A stretch of DNA of 64,000 bases from Cyclobacteriaceae bacterium (GCA_019638255.1 JAHBUD010000002.1:164092-228091), one strand, 5' to 3'; positions 25,416 to 34,327 are shown, counted from the first letter of the stretch. Translations and numbers: made by a program. The notes: a model not told the origin generated them from the sequence alone.

Positions 25416-26611
25416 TTAACCAGTGCTGTTTTAATCTGTTTTGTTTCGGCATCTGTCCAGGCTGCCATCACGCCATCGTTAGCTTTGGTTAGTTGCGGAA
25501 AACCGCTGGCTCTTGCTGAGGATGAAGCAGCCACGGTTACGGGTTGCCCTATCTCTCCACGGCTGTTTACCTCAATAATTTTAATTTCCGATCCCTCCAT
25601 CCAGCTAACCAACGCACGGTTTTCTTCCAGCATTACCAAATCTACCCGTCCAATTGTCTCAGTTCTATCAACCCTGATAGGATCACCAAAAGTTTCTCCG
25701 CCATCAGCAGAGAATACCACATTAACTTCGCCCTCGTTTCGTGCCAGGGTAAACCAGGCTACCGCTACTTGGTTGCCTATAGCCTCGCATCGCGGTCCAT
25801 TCACCGGGCATCCATTGATTTCCCACCCATCCTGATAAACAGGCTTTGGTGTCGTCCACTTTCCATCAACCCAGCGCACGATAGAAATGTCACGGATTTC
25901 CTTATCAGAACGATCACGGTAGATGACTATCGGCCCATTGCTGGTAATGGCTGAGGTGGTCTGGCAACAATCGCATGTACGGGTATCAAGCTCCCACTCC
26001 TCCAGTTTCTTTCCATCTGAATTCAATACGGCAGATCGAAGGCTCATCATACCACGATGACCATGATCCGCATGGTTGGCACCATCCGCAGTAACGGTAT
26101 TGCGGCCATCCAACCACGAAACAAAAAAGTTTTCATCGTAAGGAATCCACGAAACAAAGCCATGCTCAGCTTGCTTGGCATCATCATGCAATAAAAAAGG
26201 AGTTGACCATGTTTTTCCATCAGGAGATGTGGCGACCTTTACATCATATGCAAACACATCCTCACCTGATTTCTCGAGGAAATGACTGATAAATTTTCCC
26301 TGATCATTGGAAATGGCCATCGGATAATCCGCCCAGTTAACAAACCAATCCGAGCCGCTGGCAATCACTTGTGGTTCACTCCATGCGTTGTTGTGCCAAA
26401 CTGCCAGCTTGAAAAAATTAAGGGTGTCCTCACGTTCTATCCATGATAATATAATCTTGCCATGCGCGTCTGTGAAGAGCCACGGTTCTCCTGAAAATTC
26501 ACGTGCCGGATTTTCAATTATGATAACCTCAGGAGACCGTGAAGAATCACAACTAATGACTGAGTACATAATGATGATGAGAAGAATCCACCGAAGGTTC
26601 ATAAATTTCAT
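25409..26611 (-). CDS. BNR/Asp-box beta-propeller lipoprotein (sialidase-fold family), function unknown
   Basis: 400 aa with a lipobox (VISC), Asp-boxes SPDGKTWS and SADGGETF, and a cysteine cluster CDCC...GCPVNGPRC. Its stop overlaps the globin start (ATGGTGA). Confidence 0.65.
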   Translation of the reverse strand: MKFMNLRWILLIIIMYSVISCDSSRSPEVIIIENPAREFSGEPWLFTDAHGKIILSWIEREDTLNFFKLAVWHNNAWSEPQVIASGSDWFVNWADYPMAISNDQGKFISHFLEKSGEDVFAYDVKVATSPDGKTWSTPFLLHDDAKQAEHGFVSWIPYDENFFVSWLDGRNTVTADGANHADHGHRGMMSLRSAVLNSDGKKLEEWELDTRTCDCCQTTSAITSNGPIVIYRDRSDKEIRDISIVRWVDGKWTTPKPVYQDGWEINGCPVNGPRCEAIGNQVAVAWFTLARNEGEVNVVFSADGGETFGDPIRVDRTETIGRVDLVMLEENRALVSWMEGSEIKIIEVNSRGEIGQPVTVAASSSARASGFPQLTKANDGVMAAWTDAETKQIKTALVKW

Positions 26612-26694
26612 GGAGGTGACAATTAAGAACGCAAGGTATCAATAAGGATAATTTCAAACAGCATTAATAGCGCAAATCATGTAACTATTAAACA

Positions 26695-27129
26695 CTACGG
26701 GTATACAAACCTAAAACTTAACCCGGTTACCACAAAGCTAACGGCCAATACCGTTGCCAGTATGATATGAAGCGCCAGTAAGGACAATTTCTCTGTTGTA
26801 AGCTTAGGTATAATAAAGAGCCGGGCATGCACCGCTAACCCAATAGTACCAAGCAGTAAACCAATTTTAATCCAGAGCAATACATGATGATGCGTGGCCA
26901 ATGAAAACCAATAGGAAAACGGTACATAGATCAATGCCATCCAGAAGCCGGTAACTACTTGTACCAACAGGGCTGGTATACCTACACGCTCATAATGCTT
27001 TTCAAAGTGTTGAATGATGCTGAGGTTTTTTGTTCGCAGGGCTGCGGGTAAAAAACCAATCGACAAGATCAGGTGTCCACCTGCCCAAACCGTTGCACCC
27101 AAAACATGAAAAAGCACCAACCACTTCAT
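26695..27129 (-). CDS. CopD-like 4-TM membrane protein
   Basis: 144 aa. The start HVLGATVWAGGHL is typical of the CopD C-terminal module as I recall it. It begins 2 nt after the nosY stop. Confidence 0.45.
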   Translation of the reverse strand: MKWLVLFHVLGATVWAGGHLILSIGFLPAALRTKNLSIIQHFEKHYERVGIPALLVQVVTGFWMALIYVPFSYWFSLATHHHVLLWIKIGLLLGTIGLAVHARLFIIPKLTTEKLSLLALHIILATVLAVSFVVTGLSFRFVYP

Positions 27130-27131
27130 CG

Positions 27132-27899
27132 TTACAAATCCTTGCGGCTAAAAATCCTCGTTGCACCCCATACCGGAAGGGTAATCCATAGGGCTAATAC
27201 AACTGATGAAAATATCAGCCCTCTGCTGCTACCGAAAAACTCTTTATAAAATGCACCGGTATAGCCCATTAATGCAGAAATATCCAACTGAAGTAGCATG
27301 AGTATCCGAGCCAGGTCAACCGGGTTGAGTGATATCAATGCCAGTGTAGCTTTTTCAAGCGGATAATCCATAAAGGTGTAGATGATCCACATCAACAGGC
27401 CATCATAAATCAAAGAAAAGTAAAACCAGAATAACAACGCCACGCCAATGGCTTTAGCTTTATCGCGGGTAAGCACCGAAGAAAGAAAGGCCAGTGAAAC
27501 AAAAACGAGTGTAAGCATAATGCCTGAATACAAGAGCGTAAATCCACTGGCATCGGCACCGTATAGAACCATCGGTAACCCCACCCCTGCCGTAAAAGCA
27601 AAACAAAGTGAAATGGCTACCGCGAAATATTCACTAAGAAATATGACCCTCCGATTTACGGGCTGCGATAGCATTAACTCAATAAACTCATACGAATTAT
27701 AAAAGTGAATGGTGCTGAAAACAATACTCACCAACGGCACCACCATCAACACAATATTCATCAAGCTTAAAATTACCTTACCGGTATCCGTATCAAGTTG
27801 AAACATGGCCACCGTACACAGCAACAGAAAGAGCGTGTAGAGCATAATAAACCGCGTTCGCAGGATATCGTAAAAAACATATTTAACAATTCTTACCAT
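27132..27899 (-). CDS. nosY: Nos maturation ABC transporter permease NosY
   Basis: 255-aa, 6-TM ABC-2-type permease directly after nosF in the nosDFY order. Confidence 0.85.
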   Translation of the reverse strand: MVRIVKYVFYDILRTRFIMLYTLFLLLCTVAMFQLDTDTGKVILSLMNIVLMVVPLVSIVFSTIHFYNSYEFIELMLSQPVNRRVIFLSEYFAVAISLCFAFTAGVGLPMVLYGADASGFTLLYSGIMLTLVFVSLAFLSSVLTRDKAKAIGVALLFWFYFSLIYDGLLMWIIYTFMDYPLEKATLALISLNPVDLARILMLLQLDISALMGYTGAFYKEFFGSSRGLIFSSVVLALWITLPVWGATRIFSRKDL

Positions 27900-27908
27900 G
27901 ATGTTGAT

Positions 27909-28652
27909 TTATTCATTGGTGGTGATCTTAACATCTACATGCTTTTCTTCCAGGCCTCGAATCAATTTGGCCATCGCTTTACCCAGCTTTTGTTCACTGG
28001 TAATATCTTTTAGCTCTTCAACGGAGTTGTTATACCGAACATGCCCTTCCTGAAGGTAAACCACTTCCGTGGAGAGCTCATCGAGGTCACTCATAATGTG
28101 TGAGGTAATGATGAGTAACTTTCCGGCTTCCTTTTCTTTAAGAATTTTTTCTTTCAGGATTTCTACTGACACCGGATCCAATCCAGCCGTGGGCTCATCT
28201 AAAAATAAAATGGGTGCGTGAAATAAAAAGGCCAATGCCGCACTTACTTTCTGGCGGGTTCCACCCGATAAGGTATGCATCCGCTTATCGAACATTCTAT
28301 CCAATCGGAAGGATTCAATCAATTCATCATCTACCAGCGGTGGATTGTTCCGGATGTTCCGCATCATATCAAACAACTGCCCGATGCGCATATTATCCGG
28401 GTACCGACCAATTTGTGGCATGTAACCAATCTTCTCCCGATAGTGCCAGTGATGCTTAATGATTTCGCCATCGACCACAATATTGCCCGAGGTAGGTATC
28501 ACCATACCCAACACACTTTTAATGAGCGTAGTTTTACCCGATCCGTTGGGGCCAATAAGCGCATACGATTTACCCGAAGCAAACTCAACACTTACTCCAT
28601 CCAGCGCCCACAGCTTTCCGAATTTCTTTTTAAGTTGTTGTATTGAGATCAT
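27909..28652 (-). CDS. nosF: Nos maturation ABC transporter ATPase NosF
   Basis: 247 aa with Walker A GPNGSGKT, the signature LSGGTRQK and Walker B LFLDEP. Confidence 0.9.
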   Translation of the reverse strand: MISIQQLKKKFGKLWALDGVSVEFASGKSYALIGPNGSGKTTLIKSVLGMVIPTSGNIVVDGEIIKHHWHYREKIGYMPQIGRYPDNMRIGQLFDMMRNIRNNPPLVDDELIESFRLDRMFDKRMHTLSGGTRQKVSAALAFLFHAPILFLDEPTAGLDPVSVEILKEKILKEKEAGKLLIITSHIMSDLDELSTEVVYLQEGHVRYNNSVEELKDITSEQKLGKAMAKLIRGLEEKHVDVKITTNE

Positions 28653-29898
28653 AAGGCTTCATGCTTGGATAGTCGTCTTTTAAATTTTCAGGGGTAACTG
28701 CCGGAAAAACTTTTTCAGCGCGGTCGAGCAGATAAACCAAAAAACTGCGCCATAATAGCACTGCAGTGGGTATACGTTCAACAATCATAGTATACATATT
28801 AACCGGGCGATGCGGCACATCGCCAATGCCATCGCGATTTAAATCATAACCCTGGTATTTATCCCAATAATTACGGTTGATGGTATTGAGTACAAGCGTT
28901 CCATTCGTGGCAAAATCGAACGTGTTGCGCTTGAAATTATTCCCGGTAAACGTATTGGCATCGCAGCTGGCTTGCAGTTTAATAGCCCAGCCGTTTTCCG
29001 AAAATAGATTTCCGGTAAACTCTGTGCGGCTTGTGCCCTCCATATAAATGGCTATGGTGTTTTGAATAAACCGGTTATTCAACACCTGGCTATCGCTGAT
29101 ATCTTTTAACAATAAACCATACACACTATTGCCCCAGTTTTTTTCGAATACATTATAAGTCATCTTAACGTTGCGCGTGTACATCACAGCAACACCGGCA
29201 CCATTCTCCCTGAAAATATTGTTATGATATTCATCATCATGCGAAAACATAAAGTGCAGACCATAACGCAGGTTATGCTCACTCAGGTTTCCTTCAATAA
29301 CGGATTGCGTTACAAACTCAAAGTAAATCCCGTCACGGTGCCCGCGAATGGTGTTTTTTCGGATGATAGCCTGTGAACATTGCCACAAGTGAATACCATT
29401 TCCGGTTTCGTACTCATTACGTACTGCGGCCTGAAAAACATTATCTTCGATAACACTGAACCCACTGTTTGACAAATGCACCCCGAAGAAAGTATTGATG
29501 AATTCGTTCTTACGGATTGTAAGGAAGTCGGCTTGCAAAGCCCCAATTCCAGCGAGATCCTTCATACTGGAGGTTCCGCTGTTCACGATTTTAAATCCTG
29601 CAATGGTAACATGCCTTGCGGCTACGGTAAATACTTCTGTTTTGTATTCTCCGTCAATCTCAGGCTTGCTTTCACCCAGCAACACCAGGGTCTTGTCAAC
29701 AATAATATTTCCTTCGCGGTAAATCCCGGGTTTCACGATAATCGTATCACCCGGAAGTGCTATAGCTATTGCCTGCCGGATACTTTTAATCTGCCCACCC
29801 GGCTGTACCACTATACTACCTGCCATTGTAGCGGCCGACAATAATAAGAGTGTGATGGTTGTATTTATTCGTATTGGATTCATTTTGCGTGGCGACAA
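28630..29898 (-). CDS. nosD: Periplasmic beta-helix copper-binding maturation protein NosD
   Basis: 422 aa with a signal peptide and repeated parallel-beta-helix units (N.F..N..GI.L). It sits between nosL and nosF. Confidence 0.88.
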   Translation of the reverse strand: MSPRKMNPIRINTTITLLLLSAATMAGSIVVQPGGQIKSIRQAIAIALPGDTIIVKPGIYREGNIIVDKTLVLLGESKPEIDGEYKTEVFTVAARHVTIAGFKIVNSGTSSMKDLAGIGALQADFLTIRKNEFINTFFGVHLSNSGFSVIEDNVFQAAVRNEYETGNGIHLWQCSQAIIRKNTIRGHRDGIYFEFVTQSVIEGNLSEHNLRYGLHFMFSHDDEYHNNIFRENGAGVAVMYTRNVKMTYNVFEKNWGNSVYGLLLKDISDSQVLNNRFIQNTIAIYMEGTSRTEFTGNLFSENGWAIKLQASCDANTFTGNNFKRNTFDFATNGTLVLNTINRNYWDKYQGYDLNRDGIGDVPHRPVNMYTMIVERIPTAVLLWRSFLVYLLDRAEKVFPAVTPENLKDDYPSMKPYDLNTTT

Positions 29899-29944
29899 AG
29901 TTCATCCTGAATATACTGCTTCAAATCAAACAGCAATATCAGGA

Positions 29945-30379
29945 CTATTTAAACTGTGTTGTCAATTCTCCCCAGGTAAGGTAAATACCGTTCCATTGCT
30001 TTTTATGTTCGTTCTTACTTTCATCCGTTTCAAAAGATGCCACCTGGCTAGCCATCGGGCTTCTTACTTCCGGAGATTTAATATAAAATGCTTCACCTGC
30101 ACCAATTAGTTTTTCGGGTTGGGCGTAATCAATCACGAGTTTATACGCTACGTCACGATCTTCGACATCTTCAGAGTCGATGAAACCGATCATGCAGTTC
30201 ACATCATCGAACTTGTATACTTTTCCTTTTGTCGTGACTACTTCTGCTCCAAAACGCTTATCCATTATGGTCATTTTACAAGCGTAGCATTGATCCTTAC
30301 CGAACACAATGGGTTCAGGTTTAACCTGGCAACCCAACAGTACAACAGCAGCAAAAAAAATAGTGGCAATTGTTTTCAT
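29945..30379 (-). CDS. nosL: Copper chaperone lipoprotein NosL
   Basis: 144 aa with the lipobox LLGC and the motif CYACKMTI. Confidence 0.85.
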   Translation of the reverse strand: MKTIATIFFAAVVLLGCQVKPEPIVFGKDQCYACKMTIMDKRFGAEVVTTKGKVYKFDDVNCMIGFIDSEDVEDRDVAYKLVIDYAQPEKLIGAGEAFYIKSPEVRSPMASQVASFETDESKNEHKKQWNGIYLTWGELTTQFK

Positions 30380-30963
30380 AACGATGCTGATTTTGGGTAT
30401 TTAAAAATTTCAAGTGCTAATACAGCCATTATCGCGAGGCCAACAACTAAAAATACCCACCCGCCAATATCAGGACCAGAAAATGCCGTAAAGTTCAGCA
30501 ATTGTTTTGTGCCAATAAGTGGAGGTTGGTAGGCCATACCAGGTACGACAATAGGCGCTGTGGGATCGAGGTTGTGCCCGTAGTCATAACCCCACAGGTA
30601 AAAGTCGACCAAGGCAGCAATACCGGTGGCTACAAACAACACGGTAAATGCAGCCAACATAAACCTACGGTTCGCCAGCGCGGTGAGTAGCCCAAAGCCA
30701 ATAAGTGCAACAACAATGTATTTCATGTATCCAAACTCAGGAAACATACTAACTTCAATATGCTTCATGCCGATGTAGTGATTCAACGCACTGATGATTT
30801 TAACATCGCCTGTCAGGTTATCAATCCAAATTTTCATTTCCAACCCTTCCGGATACTGTGGCGCCCACATCAATATTTGCCATAACGGTACAAAGAATGC
30901 ACTGACCATGGCCAGTGAAGCTATTGCGATGATGATGCGAGTCGATGTTTTTAACTTTTTCAT
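30376..30963 (-). CDS. nosB: Clade II nos-associated integral membrane protein (NosB-like)
   Basis: 195 aa with about 4 TM segments. It lies immediately downstream of nosZ, as in clade II clusters, and has an ATGA overlap with nosL. Confidence 0.6.
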   Translation of the reverse strand: MKKLKTSTRIIIAIASLAMVSAFFVPLWQILMWAPQYPEGLEMKIWIDNLTGDVKIISALNHYIGMKHIEVSMFPEFGYMKYIVVALIGFGLLTALANRRFMLAAFTVLFVATGIAALVDFYLWGYDYGHNLDPTAPIVVPGMAYQPPLIGTKQLLNFTAFSGPDIGGWVFLVVGLAIMAVLALEIFKYPKSASL

Positions 30964-30979
30964 AAGATCATACTTTGGT

Positions 30980-31030
30980 AAGCGCCCCTTCCCGATTCCG
31001 TTAGCGCAGAACGGGACTGGGCGCTTTTTT
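30980..31030. other. Long imperfect stem-loop in the nosZ-nosB intercistronic gap
   Basis: AAGCGCCCC...CCGTT-agcgcag-AACGG...GGGCGCTT, followed by TTTTT on the plus strand (antisense to the nos genes). Confidence 0.45.
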
Positions 31031-31069
31031 CAACCTGCAAACTATGGAAACGCAGGGTGGTCAGTGCCA

Positions 31070-33046
31070 CTATTTCTGGCCACCTGTATCTCCGGTTGAA
31101 AATTTCAACGGTGTGTTTGAACCTGCTGGCGATACACGTGCATAACCTTGCATTTCCTGGTGGAGTGCAGAACAGAAGTCTGTGCAATAAAAAGGCACTA
31201 CACCTGGTGTTAGCGGCTTCCACAACAAGGTCTGCGTTTCACCCGGCATAATCAGTATCTCAGCATTGGTAGCTCCTTTAATAGCAAAGCCGTGTGGTAC
31301 ATCCCAATCCTGTTCCAGGTTGGTTACATGGAAGTACACATTATCCCCAACACGAATGCCTTCAATGTTATCGGGTGTTAAGTGTGAACGAATGGCTGTC
31401 ATGTACACATGCACATCGTTTCCTTTACGCTCAACCCGAGCCATCTTTTCACCTTTAGCAGCATAAGGATGTTCGTTGTGTTCAATCGGGTAAATCTTTA
31501 CCGATTTATCCTTTATCAAACTGGCGGGTAATGCTTCGGCATAGTGTGGTTCACCAATGGTAGGAAAATCCAGCAGAAGCTGCATCTTGTCGCCCTCGAT
31601 GGAATAGAGTTGTGCACTTTGTGTCAGCTCAGGACCTGTAGGCAGGTAACGATCTTTGGTAATTTTATTATAGGCAATTACATACTTGCCATGTGGCTTT
31701 GCGGTTGGGCCGCCAGGTACGCATAAGTGACCAATAGAATAATAGGTAGGAACGCGGTCAAGTATCTCCAGTGTTTTAACATTCCACTTCACGATTTCAG
31801 ATGAAACAAAGAAAGAGGTGTAGGCATTTCCTTTAGCATCAAACTCAGTGTGCAAAGGGCCAAGACCTGGCTTCTTCACTTCACCGTGCAACGCTGATTC
31901 GTATCGGATTACCGGAATGCCATCAAAATCACCTTCATAGTCTTTATTGGTGATGGCAGTTTGGATTTTACCGAATGAGAACACCGGCATTACAGCCGCC
32001 AGCTTTCCACTGCCAACGATAAACTCACCACTTGGGTCAACATCGCAACCGTGTGGCGACTTAGGGCAAGGAATGAAGTAAACGATGTCGGGGAATTCCA
32101 TAACATCCAGAACAGTAACCTCTTCAATCATCTTACTGGTTGCTGAATGTGTCCTTTCATCGTACACATTGTGGGCATACTTAACTTTTTCTTTCTTGCC
32201 TTTACCTTGTGCCAGGTACTCTTCGGCTTTCTTCCAGTTCACGGCCATAATAAAATCCTTGTCGTTACGGGAAGCATTTACCTCCAACAAAGTATACGCT
32301 TGTTCGGTATTGTAGCAAGAGAAGAAAAACCATCCATGTGAGGGGCCTTTACCGGCACGGCTTAAATCGTAATTAAAGCCAGGAGTACGCAATTGAAATT
32401 CAATGTTCATGCGTCCGGTTTCTGGATTTACTTTTATGAAGGATATGGATCCTTTAAAATTTTCCTTGTACGAGCTAATCGGAACATCCCGGTTATCTCC
32501 TAATGGTATGCTGAATCGTGTACCTGCCACAACATACTCCGTGTTTTCTGTAATGAATGGCGATGAGTGATTACCACCGCTATTGGGTATCTCAATAATT
32601 TCTGCTGTGCGGAATGTTGTTAAATCGATACGGGCAACACGTGGCGTATTGTTGGCGTTACCAAACAACCAACGACCATCATGCTCACCTTTTGTTGTTG
32701 AAAGTGCCGGATGGTGCAGGTCATCCCATGGAATGTATCCATGCGAAGTCATCAGCATAGGCTTGGTTTCCTCGCTATATCCCCAACCGCTCATCGGGTC
32801 TTCTGAAAAAACCGGAATATTCCTGAACAAGCGGCCTGAAGGCAATCCGTAAACAGCCATCTGACCATTAAAACCTCCGGACACAAAATTGTAAAACTCG
32901 TCATACTGCCCCGGTGCAACGTATACTTTTGATGCTGCATCACCGGTGGTAACACCAACAGGGCCTTTGGGCTTGCAACTGTTTAGCACGATCAGCAAAG
33001 ACGCTATCGAAACCAACAGGATTATCCTACTTATTTTCATGGTCAT
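31070..33046 (-). CDS. nosZ: Nitrous-oxide reductase, clade II (Sec-dependent) NosZ
   Basis: 658 aa with the C-terminal CuA motif CTDFCSALHQEM. The N-terminus MTMKISRIILLVSIASLLIVLNSC has no twin-arginine motif and has a Cys at the cleavage region. Confidence 0.95.
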   Translation of the reverse strand: MTMKISRIILLVSIASLLIVLNSCKPKGPVGVTTGDAASKVYVAPGQYDEFYNFVSGGFNGQMAVYGLPSGRLFRNIPVFSEDPMSGWGYSEETKPMLMTSHGYIPWDDLHHPALSTTKGEHDGRWLFGNANNTPRVARIDLTTFRTAEIIEIPNSGGNHSSPFITENTEYVVAGTRFSIPLGDNRDVPISSYKENFKGSISFIKVNPETGRMNIEFQLRTPGFNYDLSRAGKGPSHGWFFFSCYNTEQAYTLLEVNASRNDKDFIMAVNWKKAEEYLAQGKGKKEKVKYAHNVYDERTHSATSKMIEEVTVLDVMEFPDIVYFIPCPKSPHGCDVDPSGEFIVGSGKLAAVMPVFSFGKIQTAITNKDYEGDFDGIPVIRYESALHGEVKKPGLGPLHTEFDAKGNAYTSFFVSSEIVKWNVKTLEILDRVPTYYSIGHLCVPGGPTAKPHGKYVIAYNKITKDRYLPTGPELTQSAQLYSIEGDKMQLLLDFPTIGEPHYAEALPASLIKDKSVKIYPIEHNEHPYAAKGEKMARVERKGNDVHVYMTAIRSHLTPDNIEGIRVGDNVYFHVTNLEQDWDVPHGFAIKGATNAEILIMPGETQTLLWKPLTPGVVPFYCTDFCSALHQEMQGYARVSPAGSNTPLKFSTGDTGGQK

Positions 33047-33068
33047 TATCGTTTAGTTATTGTTAGAT

Positions 33069-33614
33069 TTATTTTTTGTCTGGTGGAAGCAACACGGTGT
33101 CGATTACATATACTGTTCCGTTAGAAGCGCTTACCGATCCGATAACATTTGCTCCGTTAATGGTAATCTTACCATCAGCAGAAACATTCAAGGTCACATT
33201 ATCCAGGTTAACCTGATTTAAGGTCATGCCATCACGGATTTGCTCTTCCCGAATGTTGCCCACATACACATGGTACTCCAGTATATTCTGAAGTGTTTCC
33301 TTGTTTTCAGGCTTCACCAGGTTTTCAACCGTACCAGTTGGCAATTTTGCAAACGCATCATCAGTTGGCGCAAAAACAGTAAAGGGTCCGGCATTGGAAA
33401 GCGCATCCACATACTCGGCAGCCTGCAAAGCGGCAACCAATGTTTTATGCACGTTCGAGTTTACTGCGATGCGAACAACATCGGGTTTAGATGTCTCATC
33501 TTTAACCGTAGACTGGCCACCGCCAAGAGGTGCCGATGCAGTTTCCTGGCTGGCCGGTTGCTGCTGACCACAGGCCAACAGCAACAGTAAGGGTATTACT
33601 AGTAAGTATTTCAT
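33069..33614 (-). CDS. Fasciclin (FAS1) domain lipoprotein
   Basis: The ORF track gives 33069-33698. The internal ATG at 33612-33614 gives the lipoprotein signal MKYLLVIPLLLLLACG. FAS1 motifs are GPFTVFAPTDDAF and the C-terminal NGTVYVIDTVLLP. Confidence 0.85.
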   Translation of the reverse strand: MKYLLVIPLLLLLACGQQQPASQETASAPLGGGQSTVKDETSKPDVVRIAVNSNVHKTLVAALQAAEYVDALSNAGPFTVFAPTDDAFAKLPTGTVENLVKPENKETLQNILEYHVYVGNIREEQIRDGMTLNQVNLDNVTLNVSADGKITINGANVIGSVSASNGTVYVIDTVLLPPDKK

Positions 33615-33633
33615 ATAGACTGGGTTTTGGTGA

Positions 33634-34095
33634 TTATTTCTCGCCATCATTTTGACGCATAAACTCCAGAATGTCGCGTGCATCGCCAATGGATACATTC
33701 TGGTTAGGCATGCGCATCAAGCACAGCTCCAGTAACTTTTGAGCTTCTTCGTCCTCATCCAGCATCACATCCACGTTGGTGATCATGTTCATGATCCATT
33801 CCGGTTTTCTGCGCTTGGTTATATCCTGGAAACCGGGTCCTACTACACGTTGATCGTCAAGCTTATGACATGCTGAACACTTCATTTCATAAATATCCAG
33901 GCCTCGTTGAACCCGCTCGGCATCCAAAGGATTATGAAGGGTAACATTCTTTACCTGTCCGATTCCTTTAGTAGGGTCTGTCACTTCTTCAACAGCGCTT
34001 TTCATAGCACCGGTAGTCTCGCTTACCTGAGGTTTATCTGGAGCACAAGCCGCCAGTATAGCAGCGGCAACAAGAACAGTCATCAGCTTTTTCAT
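33634..34095 (-). CDS. Monohaem c-type cytochrome lipoprotein (nos-cluster cytochrome)
   Basis: 153 aa with the signal/lipobox LAAC and a single CSACH haem motif. It is the first gene of the nos string. Confidence 0.85.
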   Translation of the reverse strand: MKKLMTVLVAAAILAACAPDKPQVSETTGAMKSAVEEVTDPTKGIGQVKNVTLHNPLDAERVQRGLDIYEMKCSACHKLDDQRVVGPGFQDITKRRKPEWIMNMITNVDVMLDEDEEAQKLLELCLMRMPNQNVSIGDARDILEFMRQNDGEK

Positions 34096-34196
34096 AGTTA
34101 TATAGGATTTAGTTTGCAGTTGCGGTTTGGTTTAAATTATGCACAAGGTATGCCCGTGGTTACCTTGACCTATATGACCCCAATCATAAAGAGCGT

Positions 34197-34210
34197 TTGA
34201 TTTTTATCAC
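34197..34210. promoter_or_regulatory. FNR-like box TTGAT-TTTT-ATCAC upstream of the nos gene string
   Basis: Read directly. It is centred about 108 nt upstream of the cytochrome c ATG and matches 9 of 10 positions of TTGAT-N4-ATCAA. Confidence 0.45.
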
Positions 34211-34327
34211 ATGTAAAAGCAGCGAGAATATCCAGAATTGGAGATTTTTGTTCCTTGTGTCAATCAAGAATTACGATTCTTAAAGAGAATGTGAACTTCA
34301 CTGACAAAAGTCAGTAATCGAAAATTT

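Noticed and set aside
25332-25835. 167-aa ORF on the plus strand, plus 25544-25954
   Set aside because: Both are antisense to the BNR propeller and globin genes and are shadow ORFs.
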